In this document: piece by piece, positions 1-9,511 of the stretch
How the letters are laid out: each line of letters starts with the position of its first letter
Numbering within the stretch: position 1 is the first letter of the stretch
Assembly (NCBI GenBank): GCA_044368575.1
Contig: JBIPPH010000003.1
Coordinates: 8,999-72,998 of the forward strand
Direction of reading: 5' to 3'
DNA from: Bacteroidia bacterium
Lineage (GTDB): Bacteria; Bacteroidota; Bacteroidia; NS11-12g; UBA955
Length of the DNA stretch: 64,000 nucleotides
The notes under the pieces: model-generated
Database searches by the model: none
Seen by the model: the letters and a program-made list of their open reading frames with translations, nothing else
What the model was told of the DNA's origin: nothing
Made by a program: the position numbers and the translations under genes

Positions 1-615
1 GTCAGATTGTATCATGCACATAAGCGCATCCGTCAAATGGAACTCATTCTGAGTTTTGATATTATTTTCAATAATGGTATCCAAACAAGACATCAGTACT
101 TCGGTTTCATTGATTTTATATATGCCAACTAAAGCTAAATTGGATTTTGGAATACTCGGTTTTTCAACCAATCGGCAAATGTGCTGGTCTTCATCTAATT
201 CAGCTACGCCAAATTGTCTTGGATCATCTACTTTTTTTACTCCCAACATGGAATGTTCAGATTGAACAATAGCTTTCCAATCCAATTCACATATCGTGTC
301 GCCAAATACTATCAAGATAGGCGAATTGCCAATGGCCTCCTTGGCCAACCAAATGGCATGTCCGGTACCTTTGCCGGTGGTTTGCATCACAAACTCTGCT
401 TGTATTTGAGGGTAGTTTTTTGAAATGTATTCTTCGATTTTGTCGCCCAAATAACCAATAATGAAAATGAATTCATTCACTCCGGCTTCTACCAATTGGT
501 CTACGATATGAGCCAATATAGGTTTACCTGCCACAGGGATGAGTGATTTGGGCTGAGTATGTGTGTGCGGTCTTAGGCGTGTGCCAATGCCTGCAACTGG
601 AATAACGGCTTTCAT
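1..615 (-). CDS. Sugar-phosphate nucleotidyltransferase (glucose-1-phosphate thymidylyltransferase-like), 3' end runs off the window
   Basis: Manual minus-strand translation from the ATG at 615: MKAVIPVAGIGTRLRPHTHTQPKSLIPVAGKP...IVFGDT...FGVAEL...LVEKP. Contains the GxGTRLxP signature. Not in the ORF track because it is truncated. Confidence 0.9.
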   Translation of the reverse strand, partial: MKAVIPVAGIGTRLRPHTHTQPKSLIPVAGKPILAHIVDQLVEAGVNEFIFIIGYLGDKIEEYISKNYPQIQAEFVMQTTGKGTGHAIWLAKEAIGNSPILIVFGDTICELDWKAIVQSEHSMLGVKKVDDPRQFGVAELDEDQHICRLVEKPSIPKSNLALVGIYKINETEVLMSCLDTIIENNIKTQNEFHLTDALMCMIQSD

Positions 616-699
616 AATTGTAATAAAGCTATTCAAAAGTACAACTATTGGGGAGAATAAAAAAGGGTAGGGTATTCGGCATATAAAGTCAAATTTTAC

Positions 700-707
700 T
701 ACCTTTG
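700..707 (+). promoter_or_regulatory. Bacteroidota -7 promoter element (TACCTTTG), 6 nt before the trpS ATG
   Basis: Exact match to TAnnTTTG. Confidence 0.7.
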
Positions 708-713
708 CCCTAG

Positions 714-1718
714 ATGGAAACAGTCGTTAGTGGTATTAGACCAACAGGTAAACTTCACTTAGGTAATTATTTTGGGGCAGTAAAGAATTTTATTCGCATG
801 CAGAATGAGTTTAACTGTTATTTTTTTATTGCAGATTATCATTCATTAACGACTCATCCTACACCAAATGATCTTCATAGTTCTGTTAAGCGTGTATTGG
901 CGGAGTATATCGCATTAGGATTAGATCCTGATAAATCTACTTTGTATTTGCAAAGTGATTTGCCTCAAACAGCAGAATTATACATGTTTTTTAACATGAA
1001 TGCCTATTTAGGCGAGTTGCAAAGATTGACTTCTTTTAAAGACAAGATTAGAGACCAACCAGATAATGTGAATGCCGGTATTTTAACTTATCCAGTATTG
1101 ATGGCGGCAGATATTTTATTGCATAAAGGCATAAAAGTGCCAGTAGGCAAAGACCAAGAACAACATCTTGAAATGGCTAGAACCTTCGGCAATCGTTTTA
1201 ATCATTTATACAAAACAGATTATTTCCCTGAACCACAAGCCTTTAATTACGATCAAAATCTAGTTAAAGTGCCAGGTTTAACCGGTCAAGGTAAAATGAG
1301 TAAAAGTGCAGGAGAATGGGACAGTATCTACATGGGCGATGATGCGGAAACAGTCAGTAAGAAAATCATGAAGGCTGTAACCGCTGTTGTTGAAGGTCCT
1401 TCTGAAATCGGCTCTGAAAAACCTCAGGCCATTCAGAACTTGTTTGATTTAATGCAATTGGTAACCGATTCCTCTACCATTCAGTTTTTTGAATCCGCTT
1501 ATTACGATGGTAGCATCCGTTTTGGCGATATGAAAAAGCAATTAGCTCAAGATATGAATGTGTTTTTAGAACCTTATCGCTCAAGAATTACTGAGGTTTT
1601 AAATGATGATGCCCTTTTAAGCAAAGTTGCCCAACAAGGTGCAGAGAAAGCTGCTGCCAGTGCCGATAAAACCATAGCAGAAGTCAGAGAAATAATCGGA
1701 TTTAAGAAGTTTTATTGA
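714..1718 (+). CDS. trpS: Tryptophan--tRNA ligase
   Basis: SGIRPTGKLHLGNY (HIGH-like), YPVLMAADIL, VPVGKDQEQH, KMSKS. Confidence 0.97.
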   Translation: METVVSGIRPTGKLHLGNYFGAVKNFIRMQNEFNCYFFIADYHSLTTHPTPNDLHSSVKRVLAEYIALGLDPDKSTLYLQSDLPQTAELYMFFNMNAYLGELQRLTSFKDKIRDQPDNVNAGILTYPVLMAADILLHKGIKVPVGKDQEQHLEMARTFGNRFNHLYKTDYFPEPQAFNYDQNLVKVPGLTGQGKMSKSAGEWDSIYMGDDAETVSKKIMKAVTAVVEGPSEIGSEKPQAIQNLFDLMQLVTDSSTIQFFESAYYDGSIRFGDMKKQLAQDMNVFLEPYRSRITEVLNDDALLSKVAQQGAEKAAASADKTIAEVREIIGFKKFY

Positions 1719-1725
1719 TCAATTG

Positions 1726-2205
1726 ATGGTTTGGCAATGGCTCAAATATTGTAAAAACCACCACAAAGGCTTTTTTGTATTCACCCTAATTATTGCAAGC
1801 CTGTACCTCAGCCAATTGCTGTTTAAGTTTGAAATTACGCCCTTGGGTTATTTTTCTTTGTATAGTCAGTACACCCCTAAATTGCCTTACTACGAACAGA
1901 TTTTACCTGTAGATGAAAAGGGTCAACCCATTAACATCTATGAAGCTCCGGGCACAGGTTTTATACTCAGAGAAATTTTACCCACTCGCTATTGGGTCAT
2001 TAATAACAGTCCTAACGGCCAACCAATGAGTGATAGAATGCAAAAGTTAGGTCTTCATTTTCACTCTGAAAAAGACTGTTTAAATGGTTTTTCCAAATGG
2101 TACCAAACATGGCTTAAAGCCAATGGGCATACATCTGTTAAAGACAGTCTGTTTTTATGCCGTTTCAATCAAGGGCAATTAATACAAAAACGATATGTTC
2201 AATAA
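1726..2205 (+). CDS. Hypothetical membrane-anchored protein, partner of the downstream HTTM-like protein
   Basis: N-terminal hydrophobic helix, then PLGYFSLYS; overlaps the next gene by 11 nt; ATG at 1726. Confidence 0.6.
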   Translation: MVWQWLKYCKNHHKGFFVFTLIIASLYLSQLLFKFEITPLGYFSLYSQYTPKLPYYEQILPVDEKGQPINIYEAPGTGFILREILPTRYWVINNSPNGQPMSDRMQKLGLHFHSEKDCLNGFSKWYQTWLKANGHTSVKDSLFLCRFNQGQLIQKRYVQ

Positions 2206-3025
2206 GTCTTGGGGGCAATCATATGGCTTTTGGAAACGCTTGGTATTATGTGTTGTCGGGCTTGAATTGGTGTATTTGTTTTATTCGGGCTTAAGCCTAC
2301 ACCAGTTGTTAAATTCGCCCTTTCATTACAAAGGTTTAGACCCTAGCTATTGGTTAATGGAAAGTATTGGCTTGCCCTCTATTTTTAAATCTTTTTATGG
2401 CATTATTGCATTTGAAATAGCCCTGTTTTTAAGTCTTTTGTTGGCCATAGTGCATGCTCAAAAAACCATTTGGACCATAGTGTTTGGGCTTTTGCTTTTG
2501 AGCTATCAATTGCTCTTTAACTATAAGTTAGGGTATCATACCCATCATTTATTTGGATTGCAATTTGCCTTGTTTCCTTTTTATTTCAAGCAAAATAAAG
2601 CCTTGCTAACTTTCAACTTTTCGAGGTTTATGGTCTGTATGACCTATTTCATGGCAGGTGTCTTTAAAGTATTGGGAGGGGCCTATCTGCACCCTGATAA
2701 TCTCGTCAATACTTTGCAAAGTCAGCACGCCGCATATTGGTATTTTTATCCCAACAGTTTGCGCATTCAAATGGTAGAATGGTGTATGCAGCATGTGGGG
2801 CTTAGTAATGCTGTTTTTGTTTTAGCTATTCTGCTGCAATTGGCTTTTGTTATTGGTTTTTTTACTAAGCGTTGTGATAAGTTGCTTGCAGTATTTTTAT
2901 TGGTATTCCACATAATGGATTGGTTACTCATGAATTTAGGGATATTTATGGGGATGAGTATAATGGCCTATTTGTTTGTGATGCCAAGGGGTTTAACAGA
3001 TTTTAGTTCGCCTAAAAAAACCTGA
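2195..3025 (+). CDS. Polytopic membrane protein, HTTM/SdpB-like
   Basis: About 7 hydrophobic segments; HTHH loop; YFMAGVFKV resembles the HTTM YxxaGxxK motif; FHIMDWLLMNL. Confidence 0.6.
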   Translation: MFNKSWGQSYGFWKRLVLCVVGLELVYLFYSGLSLHQLLNSPFHYKGLDPSYWLMESIGLPSIFKSFYGIIAFEIALFLSLLLAIVHAQKTIWTIVFGLLLLSYQLLFNYKLGYHTHHLFGLQFALFPFYFKQNKALLTFNFSRFMVCMTYFMAGVFKVLGGAYLHPDNLVNTLQSQHAAYWYFYPNSLRIQMVEWCMQHVGLSNAVFVLAILLQLAFVIGFFTKRCDKLLAVFLLVFHIMDWLLMNLGIFMGMSIMAYLFVMPRGLTDFSSPKKT

Positions 3026-3081
3026 TTATTTTTCAACATTTTGCCGTACATGTTGAATAAATTCAATATGTTTGCACTCAA

Positions 3082-3720
3082 ATGAGCAAGCAGAAAAATA
3101 AAGTCATGCACATAGCCGTAGCAGGCAATATTGGTAGTGGTAAGACCACTTTGGCCAATATGTTAGCTAAGCATTATGGATGGGATGTTCAATTGGAAGA
3201 CAATGACGACAATCCTTACATCAGTGATTTTTATGAAGACATGCAAAGATGGAGTTTCAATTTGCAAGTCTATTTCCTAAATGTTCGCTACAAAAACATC
3301 AAAAAAATTCGCGAGAACAATAAACCTGTCATTCAAGACAGAACCATATATGAAGATGCCAATATTTTTGCGCCAAATCTTCATGCTATGGGTCTTATGA
3401 GTACCCGTGATTTTGAAAATTACACCTCATTGTTCAATTCCTTGAACGACATGATAAAGGCGCCAGATTTGTTAATTTATCTTAGAGGCACCATCCCAAC
3501 TTTGGTTAAACAAATTCAACAAAGAGGCAGAGATTATGAAGACAGCATTCGTTTAGATTACTTAAAGCGTTTGAACGAGCGCTATGAAGCTTGGATTTCA
3601 ACCTACAAATTAGGCAAATTGGTCATCTTAAATATTGATGAATTGGACTTTGAAAATGATACCAATGATGCCAATTTTGTGATCAATAAAATTGAAGCCG
3701 AATTAAACGGATTGTTTTAA
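3082..3720 (+). CDS. Deoxynucleoside kinase
   Basis: P-loop GNIGSGKTT, QDRTIYED, lid RGRDYE. Confidence 0.92.
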   Translation: MSKQKNKVMHIAVAGNIGSGKTTLANMLAKHYGWDVQLEDNDDNPYISDFYEDMQRWSFNLQVYFLNVRYKNIKKIRENNKPVIQDRTIYEDANIFAPNLHAMGLMSTRDFENYTSLFNSLNDMIKAPDLLIYLRGTIPTLVKQIQQRGRDYEDSIRLDYLKRLNERYEAWISTYKLGKLVILNIDELDFENDTNDANFVINKIEAELNGLF

Positions 3721-5102
3721 TCAGTTACCTTATATTTTATGACTTTGTGTCGCTTATCCAAATACGCACACAAAATTTGTTGAATATCTCTGTTATGGGG
3801 ATAGGCTTTAATGACACTTTGTAATTCATCTGGCTTGATGTCTAAGTCATGGTCAATGAATCCAAATCCCTTGTATTGACCATTGTGTATATGAACTACA
3901 GAAGATTCATGTTCTATTCTGCCTCGACCTAAAATGAAGCAACATTCCATATTAAAACTATTGGCCTTTATGGCTTTTATGGCTTTTTCATTGTACAACT
4001 CAGGGGCTTCTTCATCAATACATGCACCTTGACAAGTATGAATTTGTTTCCGGAAACAAGGTCCCGGGTATTGTTGTAAGCCGCATTTTGCTTCACATAG
4101 ACCATAAGTTTCCATCATTCTATGCAATACAGCCTTTGCGCTGGCCATAGAATCTGCGGTAAAAATGGGCTGGTCTTCTGCTGTTAACTTTCTTAATTGA
4201 AATACAATATATCCCTTGTTGTCATATTCACTGAATAAGCCATAAAAAGGTACCGCTCTGGCTTTCTTTTGAAGCACATTGTAAATGGGTTTTAGCCTTT
4301 TGATTTCATAGGACTCATGCAGTAAAGCGATTAATTCATCGCCCATTGCTTCATAACTAATATCTGCTATTTCAGTTTTCATCTGCAATGAGCGTTTACT
4401 TTCATTGCTTTTGATTCTGAAATGTTGTTCAATGCGTTTTTTAATATCTATAGATTTGCCAACGTAAATCACATGTCCATCTTGGTTGTGAAAGTAATAA
4501 ACACCAGTGAGCTCATTCGGTATTTGATGGAATGTCTCAGGTTTTAATAAGGGTGGAAATTTGGTTAATGTGGTTTCCGATTTCAACCATTCAGGATCTT
4601 TGTGAGTTTGCTTTTGATGGATCTTTTCAAATAAGATGGCAGTGGCCTTGGCATCTCCAAGGGCTCGGTGTCGATCTGTAATGGGAATGTCTAATGCCGC
4701 GCATAGGTTGCCTAAGCTATAGGAATAAAGGCCTTTAAAAGTAGATCTGGATAATTTTACGGTACACAGGGTTGGTCTCTGATAGAGGTACCCTAAAGAT
4801 TTGAATTCAGCTTTTACAAACCCGTAATCAAAACGCACATTGTGCGCCACAAAACAACAACCTTCTGTAAATTCTATAATGTCTTTTGCGATTTCATAAA
4901 ATTTGGGGGCTTGTTTTACCATGTCATTGCTTATGCCTGTTAATTTTTGAATATCATGCGGAATAAAGCATTCGGGATTAACTAATGAATGATAAGTGTC
5001 AATAGTGTTTTGTCCATCATGCTTAATGATAGCAATATCTGTGATACGATCTTTTTCCGTTCTACCACCTGTAGTTTCAATATCAACGATAACGTAAATC
5101 AA
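3717..5102 (-). CDS. DEDDh 3'-5' exonuclease (DnaQ-like) fused to a GIY-YIG/UvrC-like (Cho-type) nuclease
   Basis: DIETTG, AHNVRFD, HRALGDA exonuclease motifs; GVYYF...IYVGKS..IKKR GIY-YIG; CFRKQIHTCQGAC UvrC-like Cys cluster. Confidence 0.88.
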   Translation of the reverse strand: MIYVIVDIETTGGRTEKDRITDIAIIKHDGQNTIDTYHSLVNPECFIPHDIQKLTGISNDMVKQAPKFYEIAKDIIEFTEGCCFVAHNVRFDYGFVKAEFKSLGYLYQRPTLCTVKLSRSTFKGLYSYSLGNLCAALDIPITDRHRALGDAKATAILFEKIHQKQTHKDPEWLKSETTLTKFPPLLKPETFHQIPNELTGVYYFHNQDGHVIYVGKSIDIKKRIEQHFRIKSNESKRSLQMKTEIADISYEAMGDELIALLHESYEIKRLKPIYNVLQKKARAVPFYGLFSEYDNKGYIVFQLRKLTAEDQPIFTADSMASAKAVLHRMMETYGLCEAKCGLQQYPGPCFRKQIHTCQGACIDEEAPELYNEKAIKAIKANSFNMECCFILGRGRIEHESSVVHIHNGQYKGFGFIDHDLDIKPDELQSVIKAYPHNRDIQQILCAYLDKRHKVIKYKVTD

Positions 5103-5130
5103 GGTTGTAAAATTATTAAATTCCTGCCAT

Positions 5131-5160
5131 TAAACACTTAAATACACTTATAAATGTTTG
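5131..5160. repeat. Three phased 10-bp units (TAAACACTTA / AATACACTTA / TAAATGTTTG) in the divergent exonuclease-ssb spacer
   Basis: Direct reading: ACACTTA repeated at 10-nt period; outer AAACA and TGTTT are inverted. Confidence 0.5.
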
Positions 5161-5216
5161 ATGCTTGATAGCCCTTTTATGCCGCATTAATTTTGAATCA
5201 TCATTTATTTAAAACT

Positions 5217-5558
5217 ATGAATTCATTAAGAAATCGAGTGGCATTAATTGGCCACCTTGGGACTAACCCAGAAACCAAAAAATTCGACAACGGTAACACA
5301 GTAACTAACTTTTCGTTGGCTACCAATGATTACTACAAAAACGAGAAAGGAGAAAAAATTGAAGACACTCAATGGCACAACATTGTAGCCTATGGGAAAA
5401 TTGCTGACATTGCTTCAAAATTTCTTGAAAAAGGAAAGGAAGTTGTGTTGGAGGGCAGATTGGTGAATCGCCACTACAATGACAAAGATGGCATCAAACG
5501 ACATGTCACTGAAATTGTGCTCAATGAACTACACATGGTGGGGTCAAACAAGAAATAA
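5217..5558 (+). CDS. ssb: Single-stranded DNA-binding protein, short form without the acidic C-terminal tail
   Basis: NRVALIGHLG, FSLATN, TQWHNIV, LEKGKEVVLEGRL OB-fold motifs. ATG 5217 preferred because the track's TTG at 5193 lies inside the TAATTTTG promoter (5188-5195). Confidence 0.9.
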   Translation: MNSLRNRVALIGHLGTNPETKKFDNGNTVTNFSLATNDYYKNEKGEKIEDTQWHNIVAYGKIADIASKFLEKGKEVVLEGRLVNRHYNDKDGIKRHVTEIVLNELHMVGSNKK

Positions 5559-5575
5559 TCTCATTGAAGAAGATT

Positions 5576-5610
5576 AAAAGACCGTTGATAAAAAACGACG
5601 GTCTTTTTTT
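5576..5610 (+). terminator. Intrinsic terminator after ssb
   Basis: AAAAGACCGT...ACGGTCTTTT inverted repeat ending in a T7 run. Confidence 0.85.
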
Positions 5611-5660
5611 CAACAACCTAATTCAAGCAATTTAATTTGAGTAAATTTGTATGACTACAA

Positions 5661-7577
5661 ATGATATCAAGACAATCCATAGATGCCGTCATTAATGCTT
5701 CTGCCATTGATGAAGTTGTTGGAGATTATATTGCTTTAAAAAAACGGGGAGCTAATTTGTTGGGGCGTTGTCCTTTTCATGACGAGAAAACACCTTCTTT
5801 TACGGTGTCTCCAAGTAAAGGTATTTACAAATGTTTTGGTTGTGGTAAGGCAGGAAATTCTGTTAGTTTTTTAATGGAACATGATTCATTGTCTTTTGCG
5901 GATGCAATTCGTAAACTGGCCTCAAAATACAATATTGTGCTTGAAGAAGACAATGCGGTTAATTCTGAAGCTTATAACGAACAACAGCGCAAGCGTGAAG
6001 CTTTGTTGATTGCACTTGAATTTGCGAAAAAGTATTTTGTTGAGCAATTGTATACTGAAGAAGGTAAGCGTGTGGGAGATTCCTATTTCAGAGAACGTGG
6101 TTTTACTAAACAGACGATTGATGACTTTGATTTAGGGTATTCGCCACAAGCATGGGACAGCTTAGTCAAAGCTGCGACATCGCAACAGTTTAATTTGGAT
6201 CATTTTGTCGAGGCCGGACTTATAAAACAAAGAGAGGATGGAGGATATTTTGATTTGTTTAGGCATAGAGTGATTTTTCCGATTCATGATTTGACAGGCA
6301 AAGTGATCGCTTTTGGCGGTAGGCAGCTGGTTAAAGATGAAAAGTCACCTAAGTATTTGAATTCGCCTGAGACTGAAGTGTATCATAAGAGTCATGTCTT
6401 ATATGGTATTTTTCAATCTAAGAAGACCATAAAACAAGTGAACAATTGTTACTTGGTTGAGGGATATACGGATGTTATTTCTTTGCATCAAGCAGAAGTG
6501 AAAAACGTTGTGGCCTCTTCTGGAACATCTTTGACAGAGGGACAAATTAGATTGGTTAAAAGGTTTACTGATAATGTGACTGTATTGTATGATGGTGATG
6601 CGGCTGGTATTAAGGCTTCTTTAAGAGGAATTGATTTGCTTTTAGAACAAGGCTTAAATGTCCGTTGTGTAAGCTTTCCAGATGGAGAGGATCCCGATTC
6701 TTACTGTCAGAAACTTGGGTCTGTTGATTTTAAATTATTTTTAGAACAAGAACAGAAGGACTTTATTTTATTCAAAGCGGATTTATTGATGCAAGGAATA
6801 GGGAATGATCCGATTAAAAAGACTGAAGTTTTAAAACAATTGTTACAAAGTATAGCTTTGATTCCTGATGCCTTGAAGCGCTCTGCTTACGCCAGAGAAT
6901 GCAGTAGAATCATGGACGCAGATGAAAAGTTGTTACTGGTTGAAATTGCTAAAATCAGAAAACAAAAGCATGTGGTAGACGATCAAGTCTTACCTACTGA
7001 TGTTGTTGAGATTTTGCAATTGCCAACTCAATTGCCTGATACCAGCGTATACCACGGTGGAGAAGAGCAAGAGAAAAACTTAATTCGTTTGCTGATTCAA
7101 TCAGGCCATAAACCATTTCAAGAAGGGATCACAGTATCTGATTTTATTTTCAAAGAATTGAATGAAGACGATGCCCTGCAAATTGAGCACCCACTCTATA
7201 ATAAAATTCTTCAAGCAGTCAAGGATCAATTGAATTCTGAACTGCAAATGGATGAACAATTCTTCGTTAATCACGAGGATGATAGTATCAGACAAATAGC
7301 AGCTGATTTATTAACTGATTTTTTTGAGTTAAGCCCTGCTTGGTCAGATAATGGCATTTTTATTAAGACTGAAAAAGAAAATTACATTAACGACTTACAA
7401 TCATTGTTTTTGTTTTTAAAGAAAAATAAAATCGAAAAGATGATTCAAAATAATTTAGATGAAATGGCCAAATCAGAATTGGAGCAAGAGCAAAAAGAAC
7501 AATTGCTGCATTACCATATTCAACTCATTGAAGTAAGAAATGCCATTTCGGAAATATTAGGCTCAACAATGAATTGA
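5661..7577 (+). CDS. dnaG: DNA primase
   Basis: CHC2 zinc finger CPFHDEKTPSF...CFGC, PKYLNSPET, TOPRIM motifs VEGYTDV, YDGDAAG, EDPD. Confidence 0.97.
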   Translation: MISRQSIDAVINASAIDEVVGDYIALKKRGANLLGRCPFHDEKTPSFTVSPSKGIYKCFGCGKAGNSVSFLMEHDSLSFADAIRKLASKYNIVLEEDNAVNSEAYNEQQRKREALLIALEFAKKYFVEQLYTEEGKRVGDSYFRERGFTKQTIDDFDLGYSPQAWDSLVKAATSQQFNLDHFVEAGLIKQREDGGYFDLFRHRVIFPIHDLTGKVIAFGGRQLVKDEKSPKYLNSPETEVYHKSHVLYGIFQSKKTIKQVNNCYLVEGYTDVISLHQAEVKNVVASSGTSLTEGQIRLVKRFTDNVTVLYDGDAAGIKASLRGIDLLLEQGLNVRCVSFPDGEDPDSYCQKLGSVDFKLFLEQEQKDFILFKADLLMQGIGNDPIKKTEVLKQLLQSIALIPDALKRSAYARECSRIMDADEKLLLVEIAKIRKQKHVVDDQVLPTDVVEILQLPTQLPDTSVYHGGEEQEKNLIRLLIQSGHKPFQEGITVSDFIFKELNEDDALQIEHPLYNKILQAVKDQLNSELQMDEQFFVNHEDDSIRQIAADLLTDFFELSPAWSDNGIFIKTEKENYINDLQSLFLFLKKNKIEKMIQNNLDEMAKSELEQEQKEQLLHYHIQLIEVRNAISEILGSTMN

Positions 7578-7578
7578 T

Positions 7579-7878
7579 ATGGATAAGCCAATCATTGATA
7601 TCGCGATCAAACATGCATCTGAAGTGATTCATGAATCACTATTGAGTCAAGATGAAACGAGCTTTATGCTCAAATTAGAAGCCTACATAGCTCATTTATT
7701 GCAGAACGATTTTAATGCCTTGGTCAATTTACTTTATAAAATTGATGTTTCTGAATCTGCCTCTAAAGCTTGTTTTGGCCAAGACAATAAGCTCATTGCT
7801 CAATGTTTGGCTCAGCTGATTTGGCAAAGACAATTACAAAAAGCACAAACCAGACATCAATTTAAGCAAGACCAATAG
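7579..7878 (+). CDS. Conserved hypothetical helical protein, coupled to dnaG
   Basis: Starts 1 nt after the dnaG stop; LLQNDFNALVNLLYKIDVSE and RQLQK resemble a small Bacteroidota family. Confidence 0.65.
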   Translation: MDKPIIDIAIKHASEVIHESLLSQDETSFMLKLEAYIAHLLQNDFNALVNLLYKIDVSESASKACFGQDNKLIAQCLAQLIWQRQLQKAQTRHQFKQDQ

Positions 7879-7922
7879 GCTTTGTTGTAATTACGATAGA
7901 TTGAGGCTAAGTTTGTAAACAC

Positions 7923-9503
7923 ATGTATAGAATAGTTTGCTTACTTATGATTGGCTTTTGTCAATCTTTATTAGCACAATGGGTATATTTTCCTGTTGAA
8001 TCTGAACAGGCTTATAAAGTTTATAAGTCACAATGGGCTGGGTTCTCAAATAGTCCATACGATGCTGCTCAAAATAGATTTGTTCGCCTTGGGCCTAAGC
8101 CAATTTATAATTCATTAGAAATTGAAGTGTTAGATAAAAAGCGTTCTAAGTACTTTTATCATCAGCCCGACCAGTTTTATTATTTAACGGATTCAAGCAA
8201 TGATTGGCAAATGGTTGTTAATCCTGTATTTCATTTTTCAGGGGGCAAGCAAGCCAATCAAACACTCTACAGAAATACCAGAGGGGCAGAAATATATGGC
8301 CAAATAGGCGGTGAAAAGGGGGTAGGTTTTTATTCATTATTTACAGAAAATCAAGAACGCTATCCTGATGCTTATTTGTTTGCCAAAGATTCTATGAATT
8401 ATGTGCCCAATGAATGGTTTTTTAAAAATTATCAAAAACAAGGGGCTGTAGATTTTTTTCAGGCCAGAGCATATGTAACATTTAGTACGGCTAAAAATTA
8501 TATTAAAATGCAATTTGGTCATGATAAGCACAAGATTGGGAATGGCTACCGCTCTTTGATATTAAGTGATTTTGCTCCTCAATATTTGTTTTTTAAAGTC
8601 AATACGGATGTGAAAAGATTTCATTATCAAAATCTATTTACTCAGTTCATTGATAGAGGTATAGTTCAAGGCAATGTCTTGTATCCAAAAAAATTTGGAG
8701 CATTTCATCGTTTGAGCTTTGACATCAGACGCAATTTGCAAATTGGAGTTAATGAGATGGTTTTATTTGATCGTTCAGATTCAAGCATGCGCAGTCAATT
8801 TGACTTAAATTATTTAAATCCAGTCATTTTTTACAGAGCTATTGAATCAAGCATGGGGAGTAAAGATAACAGTTTAATGGCCCTTGATGCCCAATGGACC
8901 ATTCGCAATCGCTATCAAGTATTTGGGCAATTGTTGATAGATGAATTTAAATTGGATTATATCAAAAATCAACCAAATTGGTGGGCAAACAAATACGCTT
9001 ATCAAATTGGGGCAAGAGCATTTAATTTAGCTAAAATTAAAGATTTAGATGTTTTATTAGAATACAATCGTGTAAGACCATATACTTATAGTCATGGTAT
9101 ACCGAGTCAAAGCTATAGTCACTTTAATCAACCTTTGGCACACCCACTAGGGTCTAATTTTGCTGAAACAGTGGCCCAATTAAAATACCAATTTAAACGA
9201 TGGGGCATACAATGGACTGCAACCTATGCCAAAATGGGTAGAGATAGTTTCCTCAATGGCCGCAATTATGGGGCGAATATTTTAAGATCCTATGACGATA
9301 AGCGTGTGAGTGATTTCTCATCCACTATGTATATGGGTAAATTAACCAAGCTTATGGTAAATGATGTGGTAATTAGTTATCAACCCACACAACATGTTTC
9401 CTTTGACTTTAGAGTCAATTCTAGGCAAAACAATGGCGTTCAAACGTTATGGTATACGTTTGGGTTAAGAATTAATACTGCTTTAAGACAGTTTAATTAT
9501 TAA
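7923..9503 (+). CDS. Outer-membrane beta-barrel protein, Wzi/capsule-assembly-like
   Basis: Signal peptide; GNGYRSLILSD, YLNPVIFY, GQLLIDEF, PLAHPLGSNF; aromatic C-terminus. Confidence 0.7.
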   Translation: MYRIVCLLMIGFCQSLLAQWVYFPVESEQAYKVYKSQWAGFSNSPYDAAQNRFVRLGPKPIYNSLEIEVLDKKRSKYFYHQPDQFYYLTDSSNDWQMVVNPVFHFSGGKQANQTLYRNTRGAEIYGQIGGEKGVGFYSLFTENQERYPDAYLFAKDSMNYVPNEWFFKNYQKQGAVDFFQARAYVTFSTAKNYIKMQFGHDKHKIGNGYRSLILSDFAPQYLFFKVNTDVKRFHYQNLFTQFIDRGIVQGNVLYPKKFGAFHRLSFDIRRNLQIGVNEMVLFDRSDSSMRSQFDLNYLNPVIFYRAIESSMGSKDNSLMALDAQWTIRNRYQVFGQLLIDEFKLDYIKNQPNWWANKYAYQIGARAFNLAKIKDLDVLLEYNRVRPYTYSHGIPSQSYSHFNQPLAHPLGSNFAETVAQLKYQFKRWGIQWTATYAKMGRDSFLNGRNYGANILRSYDDKRVSDFSSTMYMGKLTKLMVNDVVISYQPTQHVSFDFRVNSRQNNGVQTLWYTFGLRINTALRQFNY

Positions 9504-9511
9504 GAAAATTA

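Noticed and set aside
56-423. Two 69-aa plus-strand ORFs in the track
   Set aside because: They are antisense shadows of the truncated nucleotidyltransferase gene on the minus strand (1..615).
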